Counted from the whole stretch's first letter, positions 30,222-43,354 are shown. The stretch: DNA of 63,927 bases, filler included, from Collodictyon triciliatum (GCA_043381765.1; 5 parts of 5 records of this genome joined end to end with filler, not necessarily neighbours in it), one strand, 5' to 3'. Notes: generated by a model from the sequence alone, not told the origin. Made by a program: numbers and translations.

Positions 30222-33200
30222 TCATCGACCAGGTTTGATAGACAGAGAGGTCGCTGTTATCTTTGGAATGTTAATGATGGTGCTCACGATTATGTACTTT
30301 CTCATCATAGTCTTGTAAACAGAAAAAAAAAGGAAGAAAATACATAGAAGTGTCAAGAAAATGGAATAAATAAATACATATAAAGTAAAAAAAGGATGTC
30401 TTGATTGCGGAATCAGCGGGTTCTTCTTCTGGGTTTCAACATGTAGGAATTTCAAAGCGGCCTTTTGTTTCGCATCACTTTCCACGACACATGGACATTA
30501 CATTCGAAGATAAAAATGAGTAAAATGGAGGATGATGATGTGATAAAAATTATATCGAGTGCTCAGTAGTTCTTCGAGTCATCATCGTCTGTGTTGCCGA
30601 CTTCCATCACCTGAGCATCACTGGAATGCGTCAAATTGGTGATGAAAAACGAAGGCACAAACTCCGACTCGGCCTTTTCAGAATTTCCATCGTCAAGAAA
30701 TTCCACATCATCGCACCGTTCTCGAAAATACAGCTTCTTGATTCCATCAACATGACGGACCGTCGTATCGAATGGGAAATATGTAATAGAAAAACTGAAG
30801 AATTTCTTTTATAATCCAATAAATCGGCAGTGTGGAGGAGACAGGAATACGTAAAAGTAGAGTAACTGGGACGATGTGATAAAAAAAAAAAAAAGAGGAC
30901 ATGACAAGGCAGGGAGAACAAGGTTAGATGGATTGTGTTTTGGTATTGTTATACGTTTCTATACAACTAATTGTACCGGTGGGCAGATATGGGTGGTAGT
31001 ACGATTTCTTCCTACATTTTCGTATATCAGGGGGTGGTATACATAAAGGCACATACCACACATACAAGATACATTTATCAACATAATCTGAATCAATCAT
31101 ACGTGAATAGATTTCACTGGGGAGTCTGTGTTTCCATCCTTCCTCTGTTGCAATCGGTACCTGAAAAAAAAAAAATCAAAATATGTTAACATGATTGCTT
31201 ACTAGTTTAAAAAGAAAAAAGAAAGGATATCTTAAAATATAATACATCTTGTCCTTGATGATTGCTCTAAGTGATGCCGCGGAGTGTATCGTGCGCATGA
31301 CCTAATGCATATTAGTAATTCAATGCAGATATCACCTTAAATAAAATTGGAGGTCAAACTCTTGGCTAATAAAAGTTTGGGCAGGAAATTTTCAATACGT
31401 GTGATGAGTGCAGGATTCGGTCGACAACTTTGACTTCTGGGTTAAGGTGTTCTGGTACTGCCTGCAAGATGATTTCGGGTCTTAGAAAGGATTGACATAT
31501 AGTATAATTCATTTGTGCTCCCGATGCCCTTAATGTAATCACAAGCGAGACTTTACCCCTTCCTGAAGAGAGGGCAAAGGATTGTGCTCTGTTTGGATAT
31601 CATCATATATATTTTGGTGAAAACAAAATCAGTGGTTTGTATTTATAAACATACCAGTTGGGGGCACTAACCACAAAAGAGTAGGCAAGTAAAATGTAAA
31701 TAAATAGAAAGAAACCTGGTTTCATGGAAGAGCGATGTGAAGCTCTGGATTCAGTTCGTGAATCTTTCAGTTCTGTTCGATGCTCGTGTCTCGAAGGGGG
31801 AACGCTCACCACATCAACTGCGCATAAAATAAGTGACTCAAGAGAAGGACTTTTTTTTTCAACTTTAGCTCGGATTATCACATTTTTATACAAAATGAAC
31901 GTGTTATACGCAAGCCGAAATCTGAGTTGATGGCAACAACAACATATAAGTACCAGGTGTCTTTGTCCTGAAACTGGGTTCTCTGTGAGTTGAGATGGGG
32001 TCTGATTTTGACATAATCTCATTCACCTTCTGGATTCGCTCGTCATCATTTTCGATTTGCTCAACTTTGTCTATTGGCATGTAGTTTTTTTTTGTTACTA
32101 AATAGGGGAGGGAGATTTGACGTATTCCTAATCAATTTATTTTGGTCTATTTCTAACATATGTGATAGAATTATTGGTTGGTTGATGTGCAGCTTACCAA
32201 GTTCATCGGATATTCTTCTCAATTCTTCGTCCGACTTCCGGTCCAGAGATTCGATGACTAATGCAGTGCAAATACACAGATCAGTGACATTCATTTCAGG
32301 TCATATACAGATAATACGCATTTAGATACAAATTCATATTTCACAAAGGGAGAAAAGAGAGGGAAGGTAAGAGCGAGAAAAGGTATTTACAGTCGTCAAA
32401 GTCCAGGTCATTTGCAAATGCCAATAGCTCGTCGGCTTCCTCCTCCATCGCCTTTGTGAGTTCCTTGATTGGCAATATATACGCATTATTATTTTCTTGA
32501 ACATATTGGCTGTTGATATATGAAGAATGGATGGATTTCTTGAGGTGGCTATCAGAATGAATGATAGACTTCCAGTACCGTTTCAGTCATTGCCCAGACG
32601 GGTTTGCTTTTGGACTTTCCACTTTTTGTGCCTTTGGGACCGGATGAAGTGTGAGAGGATGAGGTTTTTGGAGGGCCTGTCTCAGGCTTCGGGCTGCTGC
32701 TCTGCATCACCATAGATTCCTCCAGCCTTGGAGTCGGCGAGCGGCGTTGTTCTGTCACGAATTCAGTATTTGTCAAGCTAAATAGAAAAATGGCCAACCA
32801 TTTGCTAAAAGAAAAAAAAAAGGCTGGCGATGGATTATGCATATAGGTATTGCTTACCATTCGATATTAAATTATCATCGGTTCGACTTTGCCTAAGCTC
32901 ACGACGGTTCAACCAGCGTTCGTTGTTCTTTTACATCGTAAATATATTTACTCGTTTGAACAATAAAATCAATAATACATAAAAAAAATGGTAAAAAGCG
33001 ATGACCATACAGCAAAGTACTTTTTTCTTTTTTTCATCCTCCTTCACAGTCATCTGAACGTATTCAGCCTTGACCGTTTTGTGCATTTTGTTCAAGTCCT
33101 GGATATAGCGACGGTGCCTATCGAGGTATGGAAGATCCTTCTCTGTATTTAAATAAGTGATGAATTTGTGGAGTAATTAAAAGCAAAAATAATGTGGAAT

Positions 33201-33773
33201 CCAATTGCAGAGTACTCTTCTTTTAATTGCAAGGAGATTATATAATCAATGAGCGACTTCTAGCAGCCCAATGGCGAAATCAGCTTGGTTGACTTCGTAT
33301 AAACATACTCTTTGGGATGCTCATGATGATTTCCCCGCCCGTCACCACATCGGCCGGCCGTGAAAATCCCAGCGGCTCCTTCTTTGAAACCAGCGAGTAG
33401 AACGGAGGCTGCTGAAGCCCATTTGCACGATCGTTTTTGGAGTCGGAAGTGGGACTGTTTTGTGAGGGAAGAAAGTCGTATTGCGTCATGGTTAAAAAAA
33501 AAAGAAGGTGTCATTCATGTGGAATGAGTATCGTCGCCTTTGTTACTCTTTCCGAGCGTGAGTTGGTTGAGGTTATGGCGAAAAAAAAAAAATAAGAAAA
33601 GAGAAAATAAAAGGAACCCCAGAGAGAACATGTATGCTATGAAGAGAGGGAAAACGGGGACTTGTGGAGTGCATGAAGAATGGGAAGCGAAAAGTGAGTA
33701 CATACTTTTCAGTGGGCGGAGCCAGATTCGGGCGCTCACAAAGCATCACAGTCTTGTAAGGGTTCTCCTCCAT
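30222..33773 (-). CDS. Uncharacterised multi-exon protein; both ends uncertain
   Basis: Spliceable exons EKDLPYLDRHRRYIQDLNKMHKTVKAEY, SKSKPVWAMTETVLE, MEEEADELLAFANDLDFDD, ESLDRKSDEELRRISDELG and VMRTIHSAASLRAIIKDK. No named family assigned. Confidence 0.55.
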
Positions 33774-33891
33774 GGATCGGCGTGTTTGTGTTGGGCGACT
33801 CTGTGGTTTGTCGTGGATTTGTTTCAACGAGAAGAAATGGGCTGGTGATCCAACGAAGTAGTGGATGAGTTACAGAAAGGAAGGTGAAGAA

Positions 33892-33953
33892 TTAAAGAAA
33901 GAAAGAGAAAAGAAAAGAAAAGAAAAGAAAAGAAAGAAAAAAAGAAAGAAAAA

Positions 33954-34033
<80 letters not shown>

Positions 34034-34053
34034 AAAAAAGAAAGAGAAAAGAA

Positions 34054-34085
<32 letters not shown>

Positions 34086-34105
34086 AAAAGAAAGAAAAAG
34101 AAAGA
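33892..34105. repeat. (AAAG)n microsatellite
   Basis: Direct inspection. Confidence 0.95.
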
Positions 34106-34746
34106 ATAATGAAAGGGATTATATAGGTTGCATAATCCATGGAGGCCACTCCTTGTTCATCACACGGCCACTCTGGCTGCCAACGCGGGTGGAAATGAGA
34201 GCTGTTGCCGACACAGTCTGATTCATCAGCCGATCAGAGAAGCAATCAAATCAGCACACAGAGGCGTTGCGATGAGCGAATCAGGCAGCCGTTACAACAT
34301 ACTACTGGAAATTATTGTTTTAATTAATTCTCCGCAAATGCTCCGTTGATTTGTTTAAGTTTATTCTAATTAATGAGATTAATAATACATCTATTCGAAT
34401 TTATCTAATTTTGCTTTCGATTTACCTTTCGTCGACTGGACGATCAAACACAAGCTGCAAGAACCTTGGAAGACGCTCAATCCTCACTCTCTAGGAGCAA
34501 CGTGCAGAAGACATACAAAAAAGCGGCTTCACGTGAAGCAGAATCGACCGCTTCTCTGCTCAAGGGACTTGCATGCGTGGCTCAAGAAACTTAAAACAGT
34601 CTATTCTGCGCTGTCCGACCACAGTGCTATCCTGGCTAACATCGATTCAGCCGGTGGCTGTGAATGGCAGGCGAGGTATATAGACTGGAGGGCATAAAAT
34701 GACTCCAAGTCGATACAAGACATACAAAACAAGCTCAAAACTCACT

Positions 34747-34846
34747 NNNNNNNNNNNNNNNNNNNNNNNNNNNNNNNNNNNNNNNNNNNNTTAATTAATT
34801 AANNNNNNNNNNNNNNNNNNNNNNNNNNNNNNNNNNNNNNNNNNNN
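34747..34846. other. Artificial contig linker
   Basis: 44N-TTAATTAATTAA-44N. Confidence 0.97.
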
Positions 34847-34848
34847 CG

Positions 34849-34850
34849 CG

Positions 34851-34887
<37 letters not shown>

Positions 34888-36039
34888 GGGTGGGGGTGGC
34901 TGCAGCCGTACGCAGAGCTCGGGAAGCCGCGGTTGGCAGGCTTTGTGGGGCTGACGACGGGATTCGGATATCTGCTGAGCGAGCGGGGCGAGGGCATGGG
35001 CATGGGCACGGGCATGGACATGGGCACGAGGACAGGGACGGCGGGCGGGGACTGGGCGGGGCTGGTGTGGACGGTGGCGGGGACGCTCGGGGTGATTGCG
35101 GGGGCGAACGGGGCGAACCAGGCGTACGAGCGGTTCACGGACGGGCAGATGGGGCGGACGCAGGGGCGGCCGGTGCCGATGCATCGCGTGGGCGGGGCGC
35201 GGGCGGCGGCGTTTGTGGGGCTGGCGGCGGCGGGCGGGGCGGGGCTGCTGTATGCGGGGTCGCACGAGCGGGGGGCGGAGGCGGGGCCCGGGCAGACGTG
35301 CGTGTGGAACACGGGGCGGTGGACGGGGGCGGCGCTGGCGCTGGGCAACATGGCGCTCTACGCGGGCGTCTACACGTGGATGAAGCGCACGCACGCCGCA
35401 AACACGTGGGTGGGCGCGGTGGTGGGCGCGGTCCCGCCCCTCATCGGCTGGGCCGCCGCGGACGGGGCGCTGCCCCCGCTGCCCACCGCCGCCGCCCTCT
35501 TTGGGCTGCTCTATCTCTGGCAGATCCCCCACTTCCTGGCCCTGGCCTGGCTCCTGCGCGCAGACTACGCCCGCGTCGGCTACCGCATGGTCTCCCTCAC
35601 ACACCCCGCCCGCACCCCCGCCCTGGCCTACGCACACGCCCTCCCGCTCCTGCCCTTCGGCTACTACTGCCACCACGTCGCCGCCATCGCCTCCCCGCTC
35701 TTTGTCTGGGACGCCGCCCTCGCCGCCCTGCCCCTCGTCTACGCCGCTCACTCCTTCGCTCGCCGCCCCACACACCCCGCCGCCCTGCGCCTCTTCAGGG
35801 CCTCCCTCCTCTACCTCCCCCTCGTCCTTGTCCTCATGCTTGTCCACCGCGTCTGGCCCCACCCCCCACCCCCCTCTTCCTCTTCCTCTTCCTCTTCCTC
35901 TTCATCTTCATCGCCTACTTCAACTCCATCTTCAACTGCCCTTTCCCTTTCCCTCCCTCCTCCCTCTCTCCCGCTTCCGCTTCCTCTTCCTCTTCCTGCC
36001 CCAGACACTGCCCACGAGGCAAAGCCCTCCAGTCCGTAG
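34849..36039 (+). CDS. COX10: Protoheme IX farnesyltransferase (heme O synthase), 5'-truncated, no intron in the visible part
   Basis: YAELGKPRL; GANGANQAYERFTDGQMGRTQGRPVP; LYAGVYTWMKRTHAANTWVGAVVGAVPPLIGWAAA; LWQIPHFLALAWLLRADYARVGYRM; ALRLFRASLLYLPL. Confidence 0.96.
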
Positions 36040-36715
36040 GCCTCTCCTCTGAAACTTTCCCTCTTATCTTCTCTCCTTCCTTCTTCTCTCCTTCCTTCCT
36101 TCTTTCTCATCTTCATCCCCCGTGTTTGCATTTCTCTCTTCTTTGTCTCACTCTTTTCCTCGGTGTGAGAGGCACTGCCGTGTGTGTGTAAAGTCCGGTT
36201 GCTTGGTTATGTGAGATAACCGCCCTTGGAGCGCACTATAAAGTACCCCCTTATACCCCTTCCCTACCCAACCTCTCTTCGACTGGCATTTTGGCTTGTT
36301 TTTTTTTTTTTTCAGTTTTTTTTTCTCTTGTTTGTTTTCTTGTTGTTTGTGCATTTATTCCAAATGGAATAGAACCAGTTTGCACCCGCCAGTTTGACAT
36401 CCCGAGTCCTGCTGTATCAGCGTGACTGTTCGCGTGGTGGTGGTGGTGGTGTTTTTTTTTTTCTTTTCTTTTCCCAGATGCAGCTCTTTCTCTTGCTTGT
36501 AATTGCGATCGTGTTTCTCGCAAAGAGTGCAGAAATCTTGGCTACCTTTCCCTTCCCTCATTGTTCCAACCTATCGCCTTGTGTCAGTGATGGAAATAAT
36601 CTCTTTCTATGAGGAGAAGCAGAACAAAAATAGAGGAATAGAGAGAAAGAAAGTAAAAAGACTACCAAGTGAAAAAAAAAAGAAAGGCTAGGAACAGAAA
36701 AGGACTTCAAGATTC

Positions 36716-38465
36716 ATGGCTCTTTTGATCCCTCCCTTCCGCTTTGCTACTATCGAGGACGGCCTCTTTCGTGGTGCTTATCCAACTCTGAAAAACTTTC
36801 GGTTTCTCAAAAGGTTTCTTCCAATTCACTCTAGCATTCTTTTAGGGGGTAAAAGCAACCAATAAATGATAATAATAATAATAATTTTTTCCTTTATTCG
36901 ATAATAATAATAACAATAATAACAATAATAATAATAACAATAATAATAATAACAATAATAATAATAACAATAATAATAATAACAATAATAACAACAATAA
37001 TAACAACAATAATAACAACAATAATAACAACAATAATGATAACAATAACAACAATAATAATAATAATCATAATAATAACCCCCCTTTCCAAGAAATACTA
37101 ACCCAATCACAAACTCCCCACAATTACCCTACTTTCTCTCTCACCTGGTTTCTCTCTGTAGGCTATCTCTCAAGACCATTGTCTCGCTCACTCCGGAGCC
37201 CACTACACCAGACTTGCTTTCTTTCTGTCAGACAAATGGGATACAACACCATCACCTCAGAGTCCCAAAGTACGACGAAACTGTTCGGGTGACCCAGGCG
37301 ATGATATCGCAGGTGTTGCAGGTTTACACTTCTATTACCTTCATATCTTGGTTTTACTTTTATTACTATCATTCCCTTTCATTCTTTCAGTCTTGACTCT
37401 CTTTCTCTCTCTCGGTTCCTTCGCTTCATAAATACTACTTCAATTATCACTTTATAATTGAACTTTATGAATCATCCACTTAATGATTTTTTTGAAAAAA
37501 AATTGTATTTAAATACGTCGCTCCATCCTTATCCACTCCTTCATCTGGATCAATAGTTGTTTTTTTTTTCCAATTTTTTTCTTGCTTGTTTTGTTTTGTA
37601 ACGACTCCTCCGTTTGCGTATCTGATAATGCTACATACATGCATCGACAGCTTATGCTCAATATAGATAATTTACCTCTGTTCATCCACTGTCTGGATGG
37701 ACTGAATGTTACCGGTCTTTTTGTTATGTGTCTTCGAAAGTTGCAAAATTGGAGCCCAACGTCCATATCCAACGAATTTGCTAGGTGATTAAATTCAACC
37801 ACCCACTTTGAATCGAATAAAGGAAAAAAAAAAAATTCAACCACCCAAACACATCAACATGTATTCCATCCCTTGCTTTGTGTACCCTAAAGCACCAGAT
37901 TGTATCTTCAAAAAAAAAAAAAAAGACTCTTTTTGGTTATCTATCCTTGCAGCATATATTTCCCTCTGTTTGTCCATAAAAACCCCCCGATTTAGATTCT
38001 CATACGATGACGAAGTATCTCCAGACGAAGCAGAGTTTATCGAACAATTCAGACACGAAATCATCATTCCAGAATCCATTCCGCCTTTTCTATGGAACGG
38101 ACAAAAAATAACAAAACACCCAACCATGAAGGTGAAGTATATAACCCATTCATCGCCGGAATCAAAGCCTTCCAAAAGTACTCGAGACCCCAAAGAAAGT
38201 GAGATATTTATCATCTATAGAAGAAAAAGAAAACCACGACCAACTTTCCCATCCATAATTTATGTCATGCATTTAAGAAGGGAAACAGTTATAACTGTTT
38301 CTAAAACAAATGGGCTCATGATGATTACCGACAAAAATTAACTTTTGAATCTTGTTAGTTACCCTAAGTCCAGATTCTGATGTGGCACGCAAAATTGCCT
38401 TGGCAAACAGCCTCGAGCCTCTGGCCTTGGAAGGTATTGACCAAATGCTTCGGTCTCGTAAATAA
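36716..38465 (+). CDS. OCA6: OCA6-like (Siw14/plant-fungal atypical DSP family) tyrosine phosphatase-like protein
   Basis: MALLIPPFRFATIEDGLFRGAYPTLKNFRFLKR|LSLKTIVSLTPE...PLFIHCLDGLNVTGLFVMCLRKLQNWS...EFAR. Confidence 0.85.
36868..37078. repeat. (AAT/AAC)n microsatellite in OCA6 intron 1
   Basis: Direct inspection. Confidence 0.95.
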
Positions 38466-38693
38466 AACGCATGGGTGTATGCGTAAATATATCAGCCACT
38501 CGTATCGATCAAGTATACATACATATGTAATTATAACGAACCGATAGAACGATGTATTCGCCTCTATTCTAATTGAATCAATTCGAAATAGTTTATCTCC
38601 ATATTACCCCTTCCCCCCTTTTGAGTTGATATGCCATCTATTTATCGTGGAGGGGGCTTGGGGGTTGAGTTAGAATAGATAGCCTCACTAAAT

Positions 38694-40714
38694 CTAAAGC
38701 TTGAAAGCCATACTTATTGCTTGGACAAAAGCGTCATCAGAGTCAAACGTTGCACTCACTCCAGCAAAGTAATCTTCATATTCGTCAAATGAAATGAAAT
38801 CATGGGGTTTCTCTTTGATATTGAACTGAGTAATGAAGTTGTTAAGTAAAGGGTCTTCTCTTGACCGTGCCGTTTTTTCTGATTGAAACTGCTTCAAATC
38901 ATCGATCATAATTCGGCCAGAGCCATAGCCGAGTTTTCGGAATCCCTGTCGCAATATTACAATACGACTTTGGGTCAATTCACCCTATATTCAAAATATG
39001 TATTCTAAATCCCAAAAGATAAATCAAATAACCAGTTATATTTGTATCGAATGCTTTCTCGTATGCACTTTAAACTTCTAATAGCATTTTGTCTCTTCAG
39101 GTATTTATTCCTTCATATTGTTATTATTGCTTTTAACATACCCGAACACCGCTAAATATATCTTTATAGTGGACATATCCAGATTTTGAAATATCTATGA
39201 ATGCAAATGTGTAATCTCAAATTTGGATGCATAATTATGAACGGAGATGGTATTTGGAGTCGATAAATAGCTACAACTTTTAACACATCATCACAGTGAC
39301 TATATATCGTCTTAAAATACTTTTTTAAAACAAAGCAATAAACAAACCATAGAATTGGAAAAGATGTCTAGCTTCCTATGATGCAAGGAAATGCATAAAT
39401 AAACAATCATTCACGTAAATGGAATTTGAAATCGCGGAAATGTATGTGTCTAAAGCCGCGTCTTCAAATATAGTTGTATGATGACATTCGATTCCTTACC
39501 ATTTCTGATATCGTAACATTTTGCTTGTCCAGAATAGCCCTAAAATCTGCCAGCGAACATTGGCCGCTCATTGACCTGTCTCGCTCCTCAAAATCCTTCA
39601 AAAATCCTCTCAACCCCTGGCAAATGTATATTAAAAAAGGCTTAAACTATATTTAAAAAAATGGTTGTGTCCCAACCAGCGCCCTTATGATTAAAGGGAA
39701 TATCAAGGTGGCAAATATTCAAAAAAAAAAAAAAAGGCTACTAAACTTTCGATTATTTTCAGCTTTGTTTGTTTGTTGGTTTTTTTTTTTAATCTTCCTT
39801 TCTCATGTTGATATTATAGTGATCAAAGGTGGATCCTTACCGAGGGTCCTTTTGTCCATAGCTGTTTCCGAATAGCTAACTGGACTTTGCGGAGCTCTTG
39901 TAACCTGGAGCTGTGCCCTATAAATGATTAACCACGAAACTATTATAATATTATTTCTGAATCAAATACCAGCAAATATTTTGCTATAAGCATCCAAAAT
40001 ATTCAATATTCTGCGCCTAAATCACTGAAAAGCGATCAAATCTGTATCATGTATAATCAGCATAGCATTTAGTATGTCCATCCGCATTGAAACTGTTAAA
40101 ATCATATTGATTTTGGCATTCATACCATCTGGCTTTGTCTTGGGCACACCTATCGTATAATAAATAAAATTCAAATAAGCCTCTTTTTTTTCGTCACACC
40201 TGATTATAAAACGTATCCAAAACAATTGAAATACGTAAAAGAAAAAGAAGAAAAAAGAAAGAAGACGATGTCTTTGCACAATCACAGACGCATCCCACAT
40301 CCCACCGTATATGTCATATTCTGCGCCCTGCTCATCAAATCCTTTCTGCAGCTCCTCCTTCGCTCGCTGCATTCTCTTGACCACCGAATTATCGCGGCTG
40401 TCTTTGAATCCAGAGTTCCAAACCGGCCGCTCTCCAGGTGGCTGTGCATGCTGGCTGCCTGACGAAGGCCGTCTCTCAGCCGAAGCCGGCCGAGCTGCAT
40501 TGGCCGCATTCGCAGCTGGATTGGTTGCCGGACTGCCTGCTGCATTTCCAGTAGATCGATTGCTTCCGAGCGTCGGAGTCTTTGGGCGGAGGCTGTTGTG
40601 CTCGGACCGTTGTGATGAGTTTGCTGTGGGCGCTGCTGTCTGCGAGCGCATCGAGGCGTTTGTCACAGACTGGTTCGGCCGTTGGCTGCCCGAAAGAGAC
40701 CGCTGCATGCTCAT
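38694..40714 (-). CDS. Calcyphosin-like EF-hand protein with low-complexity N-terminus
   Basis: GLRGFLKDFEERDRSMSGQCSLADFR; SKSGYVHYKDIFSGVR|GELTQSRIVILRQGFRKL...ISFDEYEDYFAGVSATFDSDDAFVQAISMAFKL*, matching the calcyphosin C-terminal pattern. Confidence 0.8.
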
Positions 40715-41291
40715 GGCGCTTGGCTAACTCTATTTTATATATTTTATTTATTTTATTTGTTTCTTTTTGTGAAAGACAATTGCAGTATGCTGTGTGGCAG
40801 TGGCTTTTCCTTGGTTGTTTGCTGCTGTTCTGTCAGCGGCGCTGGTTTTTTGGAATCTTTCATCACAGCAAAATGGGGAACTGATACTATATGAAGAAAC
40901 GGTTTTATTGAATGTGGAATTGATATTGTTAAATCTATAATCAGGTATATGTATGTATTTGTTTGGAAATTTAATATGTATAGTTCATTATTATAAGCAA
41001 CTTAGCAAACTTGGATGCATTCTGAAGTAGGAATTCTATCTATGGAACCTTTGCACACGTTTTGCCATAGAATCATTCTTCAACACCTTTTTCCTTTTCT
41101 TTCATGTTTTTTCATTTTTTTTTTTTTTGGAAAACCTTCGTAGACCTGCTTGGTAAGAAGTCGGAAAGTTGCCACTCAACGCGATGTGAGTCGAAAAACA
41201 GAAGAAACAGGCCGAAGGAACAAGTCTGAAGGAGTAAAGAAAACTGCCCTCTCCCACCTCATAACAGAAGTTTGTCAGTCGCAAGAGAAAG

Positions 41292-42779
41292 ATGTTCACG
41301 GGCATTGTTGAAGAACTTGGGTTTATTGAGAGGCTCATCAAGCACGAGGGCGGAGGCTGGACTCTTCACATCCGCGCGAAGCTCATTTTCCCTGTACGTT
41401 GAAGCTGCTTTTTGAGCATGCAATTTCCGTTCAATCTTAATTTTTTTCTTTTTTTAACTCAACTCAAAGTCCTTTCCTGTGTTATGCCACGCGTCGCCCT
41501 TTTTGCCCCATGGTTGGGGTTTATACTCAACCCAAAACACATTTTACAAAACTCAGTCGCTGGCTCTTGGGGACAGCGTCTCCGTTAATGGTACATGCCT
41601 TACAGTCACACAGTTGCTGGATTCCGTCTTTACAGTGGACTTTACGCCGGAGACTGGGCGACGAACCAACCTTGGTGATCTCCTGGAAGGCCAAAGCGTC
41701 CATTTGGAGCGCTCGTTGTCGCCCAGTGGCAAGATAGGAGGCCATTTTGTACAAGGACATGTGGATGCCACAGGCAAGTTGAGAGTACGAATCAGGGCTT
41801 TACCCGTTGTCTCTAGAACTTCGAATACTCACTTAATATATGGATACGTGGCATACCCACGACTGTGTTGGCAGCCATCTATGCCCAATATTTGTTGCCT
41901 TTTTTTTTTAGAAAAAAACAAATGAAAAAAGGAAGAGGGAGCTATCTCCCCTCAATACGAATGGATGAGTAGTTTTCTAAATCATATCTGCGATAGGCGA
42001 AATCCGAGAAATCCGACCTGAAGCAAACTCCGTCTGGTACACTATCTACGCGCCTGACATCTGCAGGTTACTCGTATCAAAAGGTAATTTATGTGGATAA
42101 TTGCCAATAGTAGAATGAGATGTTCTCTCCTACAATTTCAATTTTCATCTAAACATAATATGCCATTTAAGTACCTTGTCGCACTCGATTTAAACTTGCG
42201 ACATAATCTCTCTCCCTCCCCTCATTTTTTTCTACACACTACATTATTTTTTAGACAAATAAACAGCCATCAACCATATAGTCGAAATGCTATTTAATTT
42301 TCCTCTCTTTGTTTCCCCGGATTAGCCTACATCGCAGTCGACGGGACAAGCTTAACAGTTTGTGACGTTACTACAGAGACATTCACCTTCATGCTCATCC
42401 CATACACACAGGAGAATACAATCTTCAGACATAAAAAGGTTTGTTTATAGCAATTATAAGATAGCTGGTGGGCGCTTTTTCCCAGCTTCATTAAATTTTC
42501 TCTCTTTTTGCGTGTCGTGTTTATTTAGTTGCCTCTATGAAATCTAAGATGAAGAATTGTATTGGTTGCGCACCGACTTTCAACTTTGTGTCGCAATAAT
42601 AATAATGAATACTTATCTGGCACTAGATTGGAGATAGGGTCAATCTGGAGGTTGACATTCTTGCAAAGTATGTTCACAAATTCCTTGCCCAAGGCGATGT
42701 TTCGGGTGCAACTGTCTCCCATTACCTGAAGTTGGCCACTGGAATCGCCTCAGAAGCACCGACCTCTAAAACAGAATAA
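41292..42779 (+). CDS. RIB5: Riboflavin synthase (alpha chain), five exons
   Basis: Hallmark N-terminus MFTGIVEELG; LGDSVSVNGTCLTV; TPETGRRTNLG; IGGHFVQGHVD; YIAVDGTSLTV; LIPYT; GDRVNLEVDILAKYV. Confidence 0.97.
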
Positions 42780-43354
42780 AAAGAGCATCTGGTCACTTTT
42801 CACTACTGTCATCCTCTATTTTAATATATGTGATTGGATGGTTTCGGCCTCAGTACGGTCTGTTCTTTTCTTTCTTCCTTTTTCGTCTCATCAGTTCTCC
42901 CTTGATGGCGCGCTGGTGGTTTGGCCTGATGAAGCCTGATTTACATATAATTCAAGGAACGTGATGTCAAAATATACATCTATTTTAGTACTCGATTAAC
43001 AATCCAATGATTATATTACCATAATAGGTGTGTGATTTTGGGGTTGTGATTTGATGAACTATATTGAATCCAGCAATTGATCTGCTTTGCTCGGGTAATC
43101 AACAGTTCTCTGTTTCCCACAAAAACTTGTCTGTCAGCCGGGGTCTCCCAAGTGTAAGTGATTCCTCGCCCAAACGCACGCTGTAAACGCACCACCCCCG
43201 CTTCCTAGAGCCGGGTATCACTTACCCATGCCCCTAAATGCAAACGAAATCCTCAGCCCCCTCTATTGCACCATTTAATCCGGAACATGGAGAAAGCTCT
43301 AATCCCGCTATTATTAAATTTGGATTGAGGTAGCTCACAGGACTGTAATTAGAT

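Noticed and set aside
34791-36191. Long overlapping and antisense ORFs over COX10
   Set aside because: They are shadow ORFs caused by extreme GC content; only the COX10 frame has family motifs.
41100-41996. FMN riboswitch in the riboflavin synthase leader or introns
   Set aside because: No RFN-element conserved segments are visible.
42920-42970. Hammerhead ribozyme core (CTGATGA)
   Set aside because: No properly placed GAAA or supporting stems found.
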